DNA of 62,381 nt, the filler included, from Bonamia ostreae (lineage: Eukaryota): assembly GCA_040357525.1 (NCBI GenBank). It is 21 parts of 21 records of this genome, joined end to end, with 100 filler letters (N's around TTAATTAATTAA, not from the genome) between each part and the next. Parts side by side here need not be neighbours in the genome. Positions count along the whole stretch, not along the records: positions 50,661 to 53,520 come from JBDODL010000667.1; positions 53,621 to 56,478 come from JBDODL010000668.1; positions 56,579 to 59,430 come from JBDODL010000669.1; positions 59,531 to 62,381 come from JBDODL010000670.1; 17 more parts are not named here. One strand, 5' to 3'. The notes beneath the pieces were generated by a model. It was given only the letters and a program-made list of their open reading frames with translations. It searched no databases and was not told where the DNA came from. Below, piece by piece: positions 51,305 to 62,381 of this stretch. The translations under genes and the position numbers were made by a program. Position 1 is the stretch's first letter, and the number at the start of each line of letters is the position of its first letter.

Positions 51305-51582
51305 CCTAAATAAAAAATTTGCGCTTTTTTTTATTTTTTTCTTCGTTTTTTGTATTCTTGCACTTCCCAAAATTAAATTACTTATTCCGTTTTTCAACTA
51401 AAATTAAAAAATGGTTCAATTAAAAATTTTTAAGAAATTTATTTGTTATTTGCTAAAATTTATTTGTCAGAAATGGCTTGACAACTGTTGCAGCGCATTT
51501 CTGGATTATTTGAATACAGATTTTCGATAAACAAATTTCACGTTTCAAAATTATCAGTTTTCTTAAAAATAACTTTTGTAAA

Positions 51583-52406
51583 AATGTACAAAGTTGAAAA
51601 AACGGCCATCTCAAAGTGTTCAAAATCGGTTTATATTAATCCCAAAACGATTTTTTACAATCAAAATGGTCAACAAAAATCTTGGGATTTTGTTGAAAAC
51701 ATCGACTCTGTAGCCGTTCTTGTTTTTCACAAACAAAAAAATTGCTTCATTTTTGTTAAGCAGTTCAGGTTTCATCACGGCTACGTTAAACTGCTTCATT
51801 ACGCCAAATAAATTTTTCCCATAAAAATGAATTTTTTAATGGAACGTTTTTTAAAATCGCAAAATTGTAAAGACCTCCAGTTTTTGAGCATTTGGAGAAA
51901 AATTTGAATATTTTTGATACGGAAAAAACCCCAAAAGGTTTCACAATCGAATTGGTCGCGGGACTTCTAGACAAAAAAGGTTTATCCCCTGAAGAAGCCG
52001 TAAGAGAAGAAATGATAGAAGAAATAGGATATCGAGTCGATACGAAGCGAATCGAAAAAATTGTGGCATATCTTGGCAACGTGGGAATTAGCGGTTTTTA
52101 GGACCAAAAAATAAAGGAGCGATATCGACAATGTTCTACGTCGAAGTAAATGAGGAAGACAAAATATCTGAAGGGGGCGGAGTCGAAAGTGAAATGATTG
52201 AAGTAGTGTTTGTTGAGACGGAAAAAGCAGAAGATTATTTGGAAAATGTTGCTTCGCCAATCGGATTAAAATTCGCTGTTATGTGGTGGATGACAAATAA
52301 AAAAATTTGCCATTCTATTTTATCAATTGCAATTATATGTTTTGCACCTAAACTTTTTATCAATTGCCATTCTAAACTTTTTGTGTGTGTTTGTGCATCT
52401 TTCTAG
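51583..52406 (+). CDS. NUDT14: Nudix hydrolase, UDP-sugar diphosphatase (NUDT14-like)
   Basis: YNQNGQQKSWDF...DSVAVL...VKQFR-[intron]-PPV...TIELVAGLLDK..LSPEEAVREEMIEEIGY...EGGGVESEMIEVV. Confidence 0.85.
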
Positions 52407-52496
52407 GCGTCCTAGCTTTTATAAAAACGACAAATCTAAAAATGTGATTAGCAATAATATATTGAGAAATCATAACAACAATAATTAGTCTTTTGA

Positions 52497-53520
52497 ATGC
52501 GACGAGTTAAAGACTGCGTTAGAACACACAGTGTTTTAGATCACAAAGGATGTAGTGGTAACTAAATTGCTAAATTTTAATTAAGGGCGTGTAACTATAA
52601 TTGGCGGATCTCCCGTTTACACAGGGTTCCAATCTTTAATAATAACAATGTAGCGCGCCATATTTTGCGGGAATGGCGGCTTTAAGAATGGTTGCAAATT
52701 AGTTTAATTATTGCAGGGGGCAGATTTAGTGAAAATAATTTGCCACGGAGACGCGGCCATTCCAATAAAATCCTATTCGCCTGAATTAATGGTCGAGCCC
52801 ATTTTAAGCGAACAGTTTAAAAACTGCAAAACTAAAATTTCATTTTTAAGATAAAATTAAAAAGCGCTATAAAAAATCAATTTTGAATCGAAAACACAAA
52901 TTTACAAAATTTACAAAAAAATCGATTTAAAAAACGACAAATTTTTATAAAAATCGAAAATATTATAAAAAATGTCCAAATTCGCTTTAATTATCGGAAA
53001 ATTGAAAAATTAAAAAAGCGCTAAAAAAGAAGATTTTCACGATAGTCTTAAAAATCAGCATTGCGTTGTCGTCGGGCCAGTTAAATTTTACGAAAATTTT
53101 AAAGGGATTGGGAAGAAACCAGAATATACAAAAATTGTGTTGTCAATTGATCCGCCATTGTTGTGACGATCTTAAAATTCCGGTTGTTGTAGACGGGGTT
53201 TTTATTGATATCGAAAAAGGACGGGATATATCTTCTCGAAGATTTGAATAAAAACAAACCAAAAAATACAAATTTTTTGGTTTTGACGCCCAATAAAAGA
53301 GAACAAGATTTTTTGGAGACTGTATTTGGCGAAAAGTTTTTTTGTTTTGCTAATTTTACGCAAAAACAACAAATTCAAAAATGACTAATTTTTCCTTTTA
53401 ATCGATAACATTCAAAAACGACAAATCTTCAAAATCGAATTTAAATATTTAGACCAAAAATTTAAATTTTCAAAAAAGTGAAAAATTTGACACTGACGAA
53501 TTGGAAATGTCCAAAATCGT
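52497..53520 (+). CDS. NAXD: ATP-dependent NAD(P)HX dehydratase, partial (largely missed by the ORF track)
   Basis: After removing introns 52558-52585, 52626-52653 and 52691-52716: [35 protein letters not shown]...IKSYSPELMV; later VVGPGLGR, VVDGDG, LTPNKRE. Confidence 0.9.
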
Positions 53521-53829
53521 NNNNNNNNNNNNNNNNNNNNNNNNNNNNNNNNNNNNNNNNNNNNTTAATTAATTAANNNNNNNNNNNNNNNNNNNNNNNN
53601 NNNNNNNNNNNNNNNNNNNNAACGAACTCATTAACAAAAACAAAAATCAAAAAGAAAAATATAAATAAAAAATAAAAATATTTAAAAATAAAAACACAAT
53701 ACATACAAAAAGACAAAAATAAAAAAAACAAGTATAAAAATATATATAAAAAATAAACTAAGACAAAAATAAAAATTTATAATATAAAAAAAACAAAACA
53801 AAAATATCAAAGAAAGAAATATTTTCAGA

Positions 53830-56405
53830 GAAAAAGAAAAAAGGTGGCTCAACAAACAATATTGGATTTGTTTTTACAAAAGAACTGGACAGTCTCATCA
53901 AAACACTTAAAAAAACGAGCAATTTTTTTGTCCGTTGCGTCAATCCCAATAAAAATAAAGTTTTTATTTGTAAATCCAAATTCAAATTTTTTAGTCGTCG
54001 ACTGAATTTGATATTAAACATGTAACAAAACAATTGAGATCGGGTGGCTTGGTACAAGTCTTGAAAGTAATAAAATTGGGATATCCGACAAGAGCAAAAT
54101 ATGAAACTTTAAAAAATTACAAAACAAAAATCGCAACACATCCCATTCTCGAAGATTTGACAGAAAAGGATTATTGGAGAGCCATTTTAGCTGCTTTCAA
54201 TACCGATACTGACAAATTTACATTTGGTCTAACTAAAGTTCATTTTTGCGCTTATTCAAATATTGAAATTTTTGCAATTTTGTTGACTAAAAATTAAAAA
54301 TAAGCAACTTTAAATATTGAAACGTCAAATTTTTGCAATTTAATAAACAATATCGATTTAATTAAAATTTCTTAATTTAAAAGATATTCTTTAAACCAAA
54401 CATAAACTTCATTGCAAGCATCAAAAATTTTGATGGCAATTTGACAGAAGAAATGATCGCCAAAATCAGAACGCTCTTCGTGAGACAGAGATTGCAAAAA
54501 ATAAAAGGTCTCATTTTCACTTATTTCCGCGTCGCCGCAAAAGTCGACACGAAAAAAATTCTACGCCTCTTTTCAAGCGCCGTTGTTACAAACACCGCCA
54601 TCAAAACGAGCTTAACAACAGTTCGCGAAAAAATTCGAAAAGAAAAAGAAGAAGCGGAAAAAGAGAGAAAGCGCCAAGAACAGCTTCGTTTGGAGCAAGA
54701 AAGACGAGAAAAGCAAATCGAGGAAGAGAAACGCCGCGCGGAAGAAATGGCGATAAACCAACAGCGCTTATTGGAAGAGAAAGAACAACGGATGCGCGAA
54801 GAAGAGAAGAAAGCACAAGAACTGCAGCAGAAAAAGATCGAAGAGATCAGAGAAAAGGAAAGACTGATTCAGTTGAAAGAAAAAGAAGAGATTTTGAGGA
54901 TCGAAGAGAAACAGAAGAGAAAAATGGAAGAAATGAAGGAAAATCTGGCGAAGAAAAGAGAAGAAGAATATGCGGAAATGACGCGAATCAAAGAAGAATT
55001 TGAGAGTGAGCATGAAGAGCAAAAGAAGAGAAAACGAGAAGAGATTGAAGCACTTGAAAAGAAAATCGTGGTTTTGAAAGAAGAAGCTCAAGTTGTTTTT
55101 GCGAAAACAGGTTATTTTTGTTGTTGCAAAATTATTGATCGCTTTTTAATAGAAAATTTTGATCGCTTTTTGTTGCAAAATTANNNNNNNNNNNNNNNNN
55201 NNNNNNNNNNNNNNNNNNNNNNNNNNNNNNNNNNNNNNNNNNNNNNNNNNNNNNNNNNNNNNNNNNNNNNNNNNNNNNNNNNNAAATTATTGATCGCTTT
55301 TTAATAGAAAATTTTGATCGCTTTTTGTTGCAAAATTATTGATCGCTTTTTAATAGAAAATTATTGATCGCTTTTTGTTGCAAAATTATTTAAAAAAAGC
55401 TGAAGAAAAGGAAAACCAGATCGAAAAAGAAAGAGAATACGAAAAGAAAGTGAGAGAAAAGTTGGAAAGAGAACGAGAAGAGGCTCTGAAAAAAATCTTT
55501 GAAGAATCGAAACAAAAATCGGATGAAATGAGCACAAAATTATCCCAAATCGAACAACAGAAAAGAGATGAAATCGAACATCTTTTCGCAGGTTTGTTTA
55601 CAAAAACTAACCACTTTAACCTAAAAATCAAAGAAAACGAAAAACACATGGAACGAAGAAAAGAAGAAATAGATTTGTACGAAGTTTATTAAAAATCAAA
55701 TTTAAAATAGAAAGAAAGTAAAAAAAGAATAAAGTTGTTTAGCGAAGAAAACATTGAACATTTCGAACAAATGAAAAAATTTTCGCAAGAAAACCAGAAT
55801 AAAATGAAATTAATGCTCGACGAAAAAACTGAACAAATCGAAATGTTCATTTACAAATTTTAAAAAAAATTAAAATTAGTAAAAACAAAGAACTGGAAAA
55901 ACTGAAAACGGATCAAGAAAAAGAACATCAAGAGAAAATGGAAGAAATCTCATTTTTGAGAGAAAAGGAAATGAGCGATTTGAAGCATTTCAAAGAAATT
56001 ACTGAAAATGAATTGGAATACAAAAAAAGAGAACTTGAAAATGAAAAGGACAACGCGATCAAGTTTTGTGACTTTAAAAATCGTTACGTGCAATGATAAA
56101 AATTTGAAAATAAAAGATTGGAAAAAATGTTCAAAGAGCAACTGGAAGAACTTGCGAAAAAGAAGAAATCGCTTCGATCTAAAGAATCGCGATTGAAAAG
56201 AAAAGAGCTCTCCAACAAATCGAGATCTTTGGAAAAGTACCAAAAGGAGTTGTTGGCGACAAAGAACTTTTGTGAAGAAAAATCTTCAATAATTGAAAAA
56301 ACGAATTTGATTTTGGCTGAATTTTGCGACTCTGAAAGTATTTTGTTATCTTTGAAAACTAAGTCGAGAAAGGATATGGACGAAAGTGTCAGTGAAGCTC
56401 TAAAC
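53830..56405 (+). CDS. Myosin heavy chain fragment: end of motor, neck, ER/K-rich helix and coiled coil
   Basis: FVRCVNPN, QLRSGGLVQVLKVIKLGYPTR, FGLTK-[intron]-IFFK, long E/R/K-rich tail. Confidence 0.9.
55126..55390. repeat. Intronic minisatellite of alternating 24/25-bp units spanning a gap
   Basis: AAAATTATTGATCGCTTTTTAATAG alternating with AAAATTTTGATCGCTTTTTGTTGC. Confidence 0.85.
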
Positions 56406-56769
56406 GTTTTTATTAAAATTTTGCTTTTTATTAGTATTTTTTTATTGCTATGTTTTTTTAGTGAATGTTTTTCTATATNNNNNNNNNNNNNNNNNNNNNN
56501 NNNNNNNNNNNNNNNNNNNNNNTTAATTAATTAANNNNNNNNNNNNNNNNNNNNNNNNNNNNNNNNNNNNNNNNNNNNGATTTTTTGTTGTCGTTTTAAA
56601 AAACGGTTTTGTCGTTACGCCATTTTTGTTTTTGTTTTTTTGCGATTTTTTGTTGTCGTTTTTAAAAACGGTTTTGTCGCTACGCCATTTTATGTTTTTC
56701 GTCAATTATTTTTGCCATTTAACAAAAAATTATCGTTAAAAAATTATTGCACAATTCCATTTAATCCAT

Positions 56770-58360
56770 TTATTCAAGTTTGCTGGGATCCAACAGAATA
56801 TTCGCATTCGAAGGCAAATAAGAAACGTTTGGCGCTTTCGCCAAATTTTCCGTCACTTGTTTTGCCGTCTCTATTTTCCGCAACTTCAAATTTTTGATAT
56901 TAAAAAATAAAACTTTTATTAGTCCATTTCCGCTTTTTTGAAGAGCGTTCGAAATCAGTTTCGCCGCCTCCGATTCTCCTTCCGATTTTATAACAGCGGC
57001 TGCTTTTTCGTGCTCGCTTTTTATCACCATAAATTTGGCCCTCTCCGCGTCTTGTTCTGCTATTTGCTTCTGCTCTATCGCTTTTGAGAATTCCGGGGAG
57101 AAAGAGAGATGTGTCTGAGATGATTTTTTAGAACAAATGAGATTTCGAAAATTTATAAAATCATTTCAATAAAAGTTGAAGATGGTGAAATCGAATGGGT
57201 CAAATTTAGCTTTAAAAACGATAGAAATGTCATCGAGGACAATGTTGAACTGTCCTGCTCTGACAGTCAAAGTTTCGTTGATTTGTTTCGATATTTTTTC
57301 TCGCATTGTTATTAATTCGTCGGCGTTATATTGCGCCTATTTTGAAAAGCGAAAAAATAATTAAAATGGCACAAATATGTTAAAAATGGCTAAGAACAAC
57401 AAAAAACATTAAAAATGGGTTAAAATGGTGAAAAAATAACAAAAAACAAAAAAAAGACATTAAATAATCAAAAACAACAAAAAATGTTGGAAAATAGTAA
57501 AAAACAACATTAAAAATGGCGAAAATTAGCAAAAAAATAGTGAAAAAAAAGATATTAAAAATGGCGGAAAATAATAAAAAACGACATCAAAAATGGCGAA
57601 AATTAGCAAAAAATAGTGAAAAAAAAGATATTAAAAATGGCGAAAAAATAACAAAAAAAAACAAAAAAAAGACATTAAAAATGGCGGAAAATAGTAAAAA
57701 AACGACATTAAAAATGGCGAAAATTAGCAAAAAATAGTGAAAAAAAGATATTAAAAATGGTGAAAAAAATAACAAAAAAACAAAAAAAAGACATTAAAAA
57801 TAACAAAAAATGCCGAAAAATAGTAAAAAATAGTGAAAAAAGACATTAAAAAAAAGCAAAAACACAAAATAAAAACAACAATACTCTTCAAAACTTCATT
57901 TCCAATCGAAGGCAAAACTCTCTCTTCAAACGACTTTCCCAAATTTCTGTAAATAATTGGAATTTTGGTTTCTCTCGGATGAGATAAAATTCTCAGCGAA
58001 ATATTGACTTGTTGCAAGTCCTTCGTCCCCGTGATTGAAGTTATCGTCCTTGGCCGTGTCCTCACTTCGAACAAAATCGCTTTCTTACCATTTACAAAAT
58101 TGTAAAACATCAAAATAGTAAAATATCTTTTAAAAACTTGCACGAACGGAATGAGGAAATGAGTTCCTTCTCCGTAACTCTTATCGAGGATCCCTGAAAA
58201 ACGGGAATAAATAATGCCGCGGTGACCAGCTTTGACTATTATTCTCAAAATTTGGCAAACCGTCAAAAATGAAATTTTGAGCCAGAAAAGCTGCAGACCC
58301 GAATCCAAGAATGACAGATGGAAAGCCTTTTGCCATTTTAAGAAATTGATTTGCGTTCAT
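56770..58360 (-). CDS. PHB1: Prohibitin (PHB1-like)
   Basis: [66 protein letters not shown]. Confidence 0.92.
57360..57870. repeat. Composite low-complexity tandem repeats filling a prohibitin intron of about 540 nt
   Basis: Recurrent ATTAAAAATGGCG(A/G)AAA and ATTAGCAAAAAATAGTGAAAAAAAGAT units. Confidence 0.85.
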
Positions 58361-58620
58361 AAAATTAGCTTTTGCTGGATTTTTTATATAATTTGCTTAA
58401 AGCTTTTTTGCTGTTTGTTGTTTGTTTTTATTTGCGGTCGTTAATATTCGGATTTAACGGATTTGCAAACTCCAAAAAAAGACATTGTTCGCAATTTGTT
58501 CGAAAACAATGTTTTCGTTCTAAAACTTTTCGAACGTAAAATTTTTATGTTCGATTTTTTTTTACCAAAACTCACTTTTCGTATAAACGAAAATTTTTTT
58601 GGTATTTATAGTTCCATCGA

Positions 58621-59323
58621 TCAATAACTTTTGATGTCGGCACCCCTTTCCTTTTTTAGAGCACAGTAATCGTCAAAGTTGAGACTCGACTTTTCGCTTT
58701 GATATTTAAAAATCTGCAAATCGCCCCAAACATCTTTATAAGACCCGCCAAAATTCGATTTTCTAATCAAATTTTTTATGGTTTCTTCATGGTTCCAACC
58801 CTGTTCTTTTATCACGTCTGGCAAGAATGTCGCGGAATAAGAATTATCGTCTTTTTTGAAGACTATCAAAATTCCATGTTTTCCTATCTAAAAATAAAGA
58901 TTTAATGGTTGAAAAAAGTTTCGTTCTTAGTTTAAGTAAATAGGGGAAAACTTTCCAATCGTAAAAATCTTTAGCTTTTTCGAATGGCGAGAGAATCGAG
59001 ACTTCGCAAAGAAGATGTTTGATTTCCTTCTTCTGAATCGGCTTAAACCTCGAATCGAAAAAAGCGCTTCGAACGGAAACGCTTTTGAGAGAATGCAACA
59101 GATTTTTAGATTGGAAAGTACCAGTGCAACCTTTTAGCTCTTTCTTCTTGGAACTATCGTTTTTCCAAGAAACGAAAAGGGAATTATCGGAATTTTCTTT
59201 GATGAGCGAATCGTCGATTTTGTGGGAATTGTCAAAATAGTTTAAAATTGAATCGAAACAAAGAGCGTTTAAATTTGAGTTGTTTTTTGGAGAACGTTTA
59301 ACTGAAATTTTTGGTTCTGACAT
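58621..59323 (-). CDS. AMMECR1: AMMECR1-family protein
   Basis: LFVSWK...LKGCTGTF...SAFFDSRFKPI...CEVSIL..FE...DWK-[intron]-IGKHGI...ATFLPDV..EQGW. Confidence 0.9.
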
Positions 59324-59530
59324 TTCGGAAATTGAGGTCGTAGCTGATTTGTATAACTAAGGAAAAAAGTGGAAGGAAATTTGGATAAAAAATAACGTTT
59401 TGGCTAATTTTTCTATATACAAAGACGTGANNNNNNNNNNNNNNNNNNNNNNNNNNNNNNNNNNNNNNNNNNNNTTAATTAATTAANNNNNNNNNNNNNN
59501 NNNNNNNNNNNNNNNNNNNNNNNNNNNNNN

Positions 59531-61817
59531 CTCTCTATTGAGACATTTGGCGATCGGTTTATTATTACAAAAATTAAAAAGTGCAATTTTAGATATTTTG
59601 AAAAATAATATCATTCCGATAACGACAACAAATTTGGTTCGCTTTCAGTTTCCTCACTTTCAAACTCAAAATCGCTACTTTCGCTTCTCTCTTCGATCTC
59701 GATTTTTTCATTTTTATCAAATTGACCCTTTTTGATTTCCAAGAATTTTTTCGCGAATTCAAAGTTTTCGCTCAAACTCTCAATTTCGTTTGAAGCAAAT
59801 TTGGTGACAAAATCGCTATTCGAAAATTCTGTCTCAAAATTGATTTGGTTGTTCTGGACTATTTGACTCGCCATTTTCGATATGATCGGGTTAATATGTC
59901 TCTCTAAAAATCTCTAAAATTTTAAATTCAGCCAAAACCATTTCGACCATTTGTTCTCCGTTCGCAAAAGAATGCCTCGGATTTCTAGCGTCATATTTAT
60001 AAGCTTTATTACCAATAAAATGTAATTACATTTCGCACATTCTTTGAAATTTTTTTCGTTATCGAAAAGGTAATTTTTGATGAATTTCTTTGTTTTGGTC
60101 AGTTCGAAAATGGTGATTAAAGCTTTGCAACTAAAAGAGTCACTTTGCAGTGCACAAAGTTGCAATAATCTCTTTACGAAAGCTAAAATCCGACATTCGT
60201 CCGCGTCTTTAAGAATAGATCGATATATTAAGCTCAAATAAATCGTGTGCTTGTTTTGAGCGTTTTCTAATGTTGTCGACAACATTGAACTGTACAAAGC
60301 GTTATAAAATCTATCCGGAAATTGCAAATTCTTCGAGTAGATCTATTTCCAAATTTTTAATTTCAAAACGTTGAACAACAGAGAAAGTGATTGAATAATA
60401 GTTGGTAAATGCGGTAAATGCGTTGATTTGTAAAGAGCGTCTAGTTGTTTTTCGGACTTTTTAATTAATTTTACATTGGACAAAATTATTTTTAATTTTT
60501 TATTGTTAGTTTTCGGACTTTTAATTACATATATTGTTACAATTTTAAAACAAAATCAAAATTGTCTGTAAAAGGTAAAGCTCTGTTAATGGCACAGAAC
60601 AAAGTCGAAGCAATTTTGAAAGTTTTTTCGTCGTTAAAGTTTAGCTTTGAAAATAAATTTAGCAATGTTTTGATCGTTCGAATGGCCAATTTTTTCTCGA
60701 TTTCGTGTTTGCTATAGCGAAACTTCATTTTATTAAAACTTAAAAAAATAACTTGAGAAATCAGAACAACTGCGTAAAATGAATTTTTGTTATTTTTGGA
60801 ATTTAGAAACTTTTCAATTTCTTTAAACACTTCGATTTTCATTCCCGGATGTTCTCTGAACAAAGAATTGAAATATAATAAAGTCTAAATTTTACAGAAT
60901 AAGACTTTTGCGATAATTGTTTTATTGTTGGAAAAAATTAATCTTGTCAACGCGCAAAGAATTTCTTCTTCTTTCTCCGATTTGGATTTTAAAATTTGGA
61001 ACAAGAATGTTAAAATTTTGACTTGGTACCACTCAAAATTAGTTTCGGATAAAATCTTTTCACAGTTATCTGTGAAAACGCAGAATTCTCTTTTCAGCAA
61101 ATCTTCGTAATGACTATATTTGGATTATGAAACAATGCCAAGAGAGCTTTATCGGAGTTTGTAGCGAGTTTGGAAAAATTATTTTTGAAATTTGATAATT
61201 TTCTGTTCGGCAAAAGATTGTTTATGAACAGATCTGTCAAAAGTTCGGCGATTACAACGGACTAAAAATTAATATTTAGCCATTAATTTAAGATAAAACG
61301 TGTTTTGGTTTTTGAGTGGAAAAGCGGTTAATCAGTTGATGCAATAAATCGATTTGATGCAAAGGGGAATCGATTATTTTGCTGATCGAAGAGTAAATTT
61401 TGTCTTTCGCGGCGCCTTTTTTGTCGATTAGAGAAAGAAGATTTTTTGATTGTTTTGTGGAGAAAATTTTGATTTCTTCTTCGTAGAGCATTTTTGCTCG
61501 TTTTAAAGCCTAATCAATGTACACTAAAAAACTTCATCTAAATTGTTGTAATTTTGCTTTTTCGGTGTGTACTTTAATTTTGTCTTTATATTCAAGTCTT
61601 CGAATATTTTTAGTTTTTCTTCTTTTGGCATTTTCGGAAAAGGCTCATTTTGGATAAAATTTTGTTTGCTGGAAATGGCTTTTTTTGCGATATCCGGATT
61701 ACCATTTTTTAAAGATCGTTTCGGTTTTTTCGTTATATGGGATAGATCGACTTTAACAGACTTTCTGTCTTTTTTGCCAAAACTCATGAATCCGCTAGAA
61801 AAAGTCTCTGAAACCAT
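59531..61817 (-). CDS. CEBPZ: Ribosome biogenesis factor CEBPZ/Noc1/Mak21, 3' end truncated
   Basis: HPGMK..V, INRALPF, PDRFYNALY, YRSILKD...RILAFVKRLLQ, YDARNP. Confidence 0.88.
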
Positions 61818-61897
61818 TTTGTCAACTAAATGTAAATTCGTATTTTAATATCTAAGTTTTTACTATATATAATTCCAATTTTTAGTCATTTCAAATT

Positions 61898-62381
61898 ATG
61901 CTAAAAACGGCGAAGTTCATCAGAAGCAGTAAAGTCAGACTTTTCAAGGACAGAAACGCTCTCAATAAAACCATTTTGGCGCTAACTATAAGACCGACAG
62001 CAAGCTCTTCTTTAAAAATAGGCGAGATGTCTGACGATCCCGAGATCTACAAACGATTCCCTAAAAACCTGAACGAAAACCAAAAAGAAAACATCGGCTT
62101 TGTCTCGGATCAAGAATTCAAGGAAACTGAACAAGAAATTATCGTTCCAAAACTTAAAATTTAGAATCACGGCAAAAAAAGAAAATGGCATTGGATGCTA
62201 ACAGAAGGAGTCGATCATTGGCAACGGAAACTATTGATTTTTTACATTCTCGGCTTATATTGCGGTATCGGCATTTTAGGGATCACTTCACCGACTCCGG
62301 CTGCCAAAGCTCTTTTTTTCTTTTTGGTCCAGTCGTTTATGGTCGCCTCAACGTTGTTATAAATATCTACGTAAATCAACC
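61898..62381 (+). CDS. Probable mitochondrial membrane protein (possibly SDH4/SDHD-like), partial
   Basis: Basic presequence-like start; a 21-nt intron near 62144-62164 gives ...GVDHWQRKLLIFYILGLYCGIGILG; family assignment is weak. Confidence 0.4.

Larger units (their letters stand above)
2907..59530. other. 20 artificial 100-bp contig linkers (N44-TTAATTAATTAA-N44); first 2907-3006, last 59431-59530
   Basis: Identical linker with stops in all six frames roughly every 2.96-3.0 kb; contig lengths never increase (2906, 2898, 2896 ... 2851), i.e. a size-sorted concatenation. Confidence 0.98.

Noticed and set aside
2907-59530. Regularly spaced TTAATTAATTAA palindromes as a biological repeat system
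   Set aside because: Always embedded in N44 flanks between size-sorted contigs; an artificial six-frame stop linker. ORFs ending ...LIN or running through X are artefacts.
191-62381. Pervasive frameshifts and stops read as pseudogenisation or an alternative genetic code
   Set aside because: Nearly all examined breaks resolve with short GT-AG introns that restore conserved motifs.

Overview
This window is not one locus. It is 21 unrelated short contigs (2906 down to 2851 bp, in descending length) joined by artificial 100-bp linkers (N44-TTAATTAATTAA-N44), so adjacency across linkers has no biological meaning. Seventeen contigs come from an AT-rich, gene-dense microbial eukaryote whose genes are broken by very small GT-AG introns (mostly 17-28 nt, donors usually GTT). 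Because of these introns the ORF track fragments or misses many genes. Recognisable genes include Ap4A phosphorylase, TSR1, MAT1, a CHERP-like CID protein, a short REV1-like gene, TRAPPC2, CHMP2/VPS2, an astacin, an SLC1/DAACS transporter, ZRANB3, TMEM87, DDX46, ABCF, ABCC, PISD, TIM22, QCR6, POLQ/HELQ, SUCLG1, RPS21, NUDT14, NAXD, myosin, prohibitin, AMMECR1 and CEBPZ. Four contigs (3007-5904, 20959-23839, 26917-29792, 47698-50560) look like animal DNA: gene-poor, with long introns, SINE remnants and oyster-like repeats. My best guess, which is inference only, is a haplosporidian oyster parasite such as Bonamia sequenced with host contamination. I found no CRISPR array or multi-gene defence system. 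The most interesting items are the tiny-intron splicing signature (including a 17-nt intron), a mini-REV1 with no polymerase domain, a DAACS transporter with rewired Na+/substrate-site residues, minisatellite-inflated introns, and secreted or surface (pseudo)metalloproteases.
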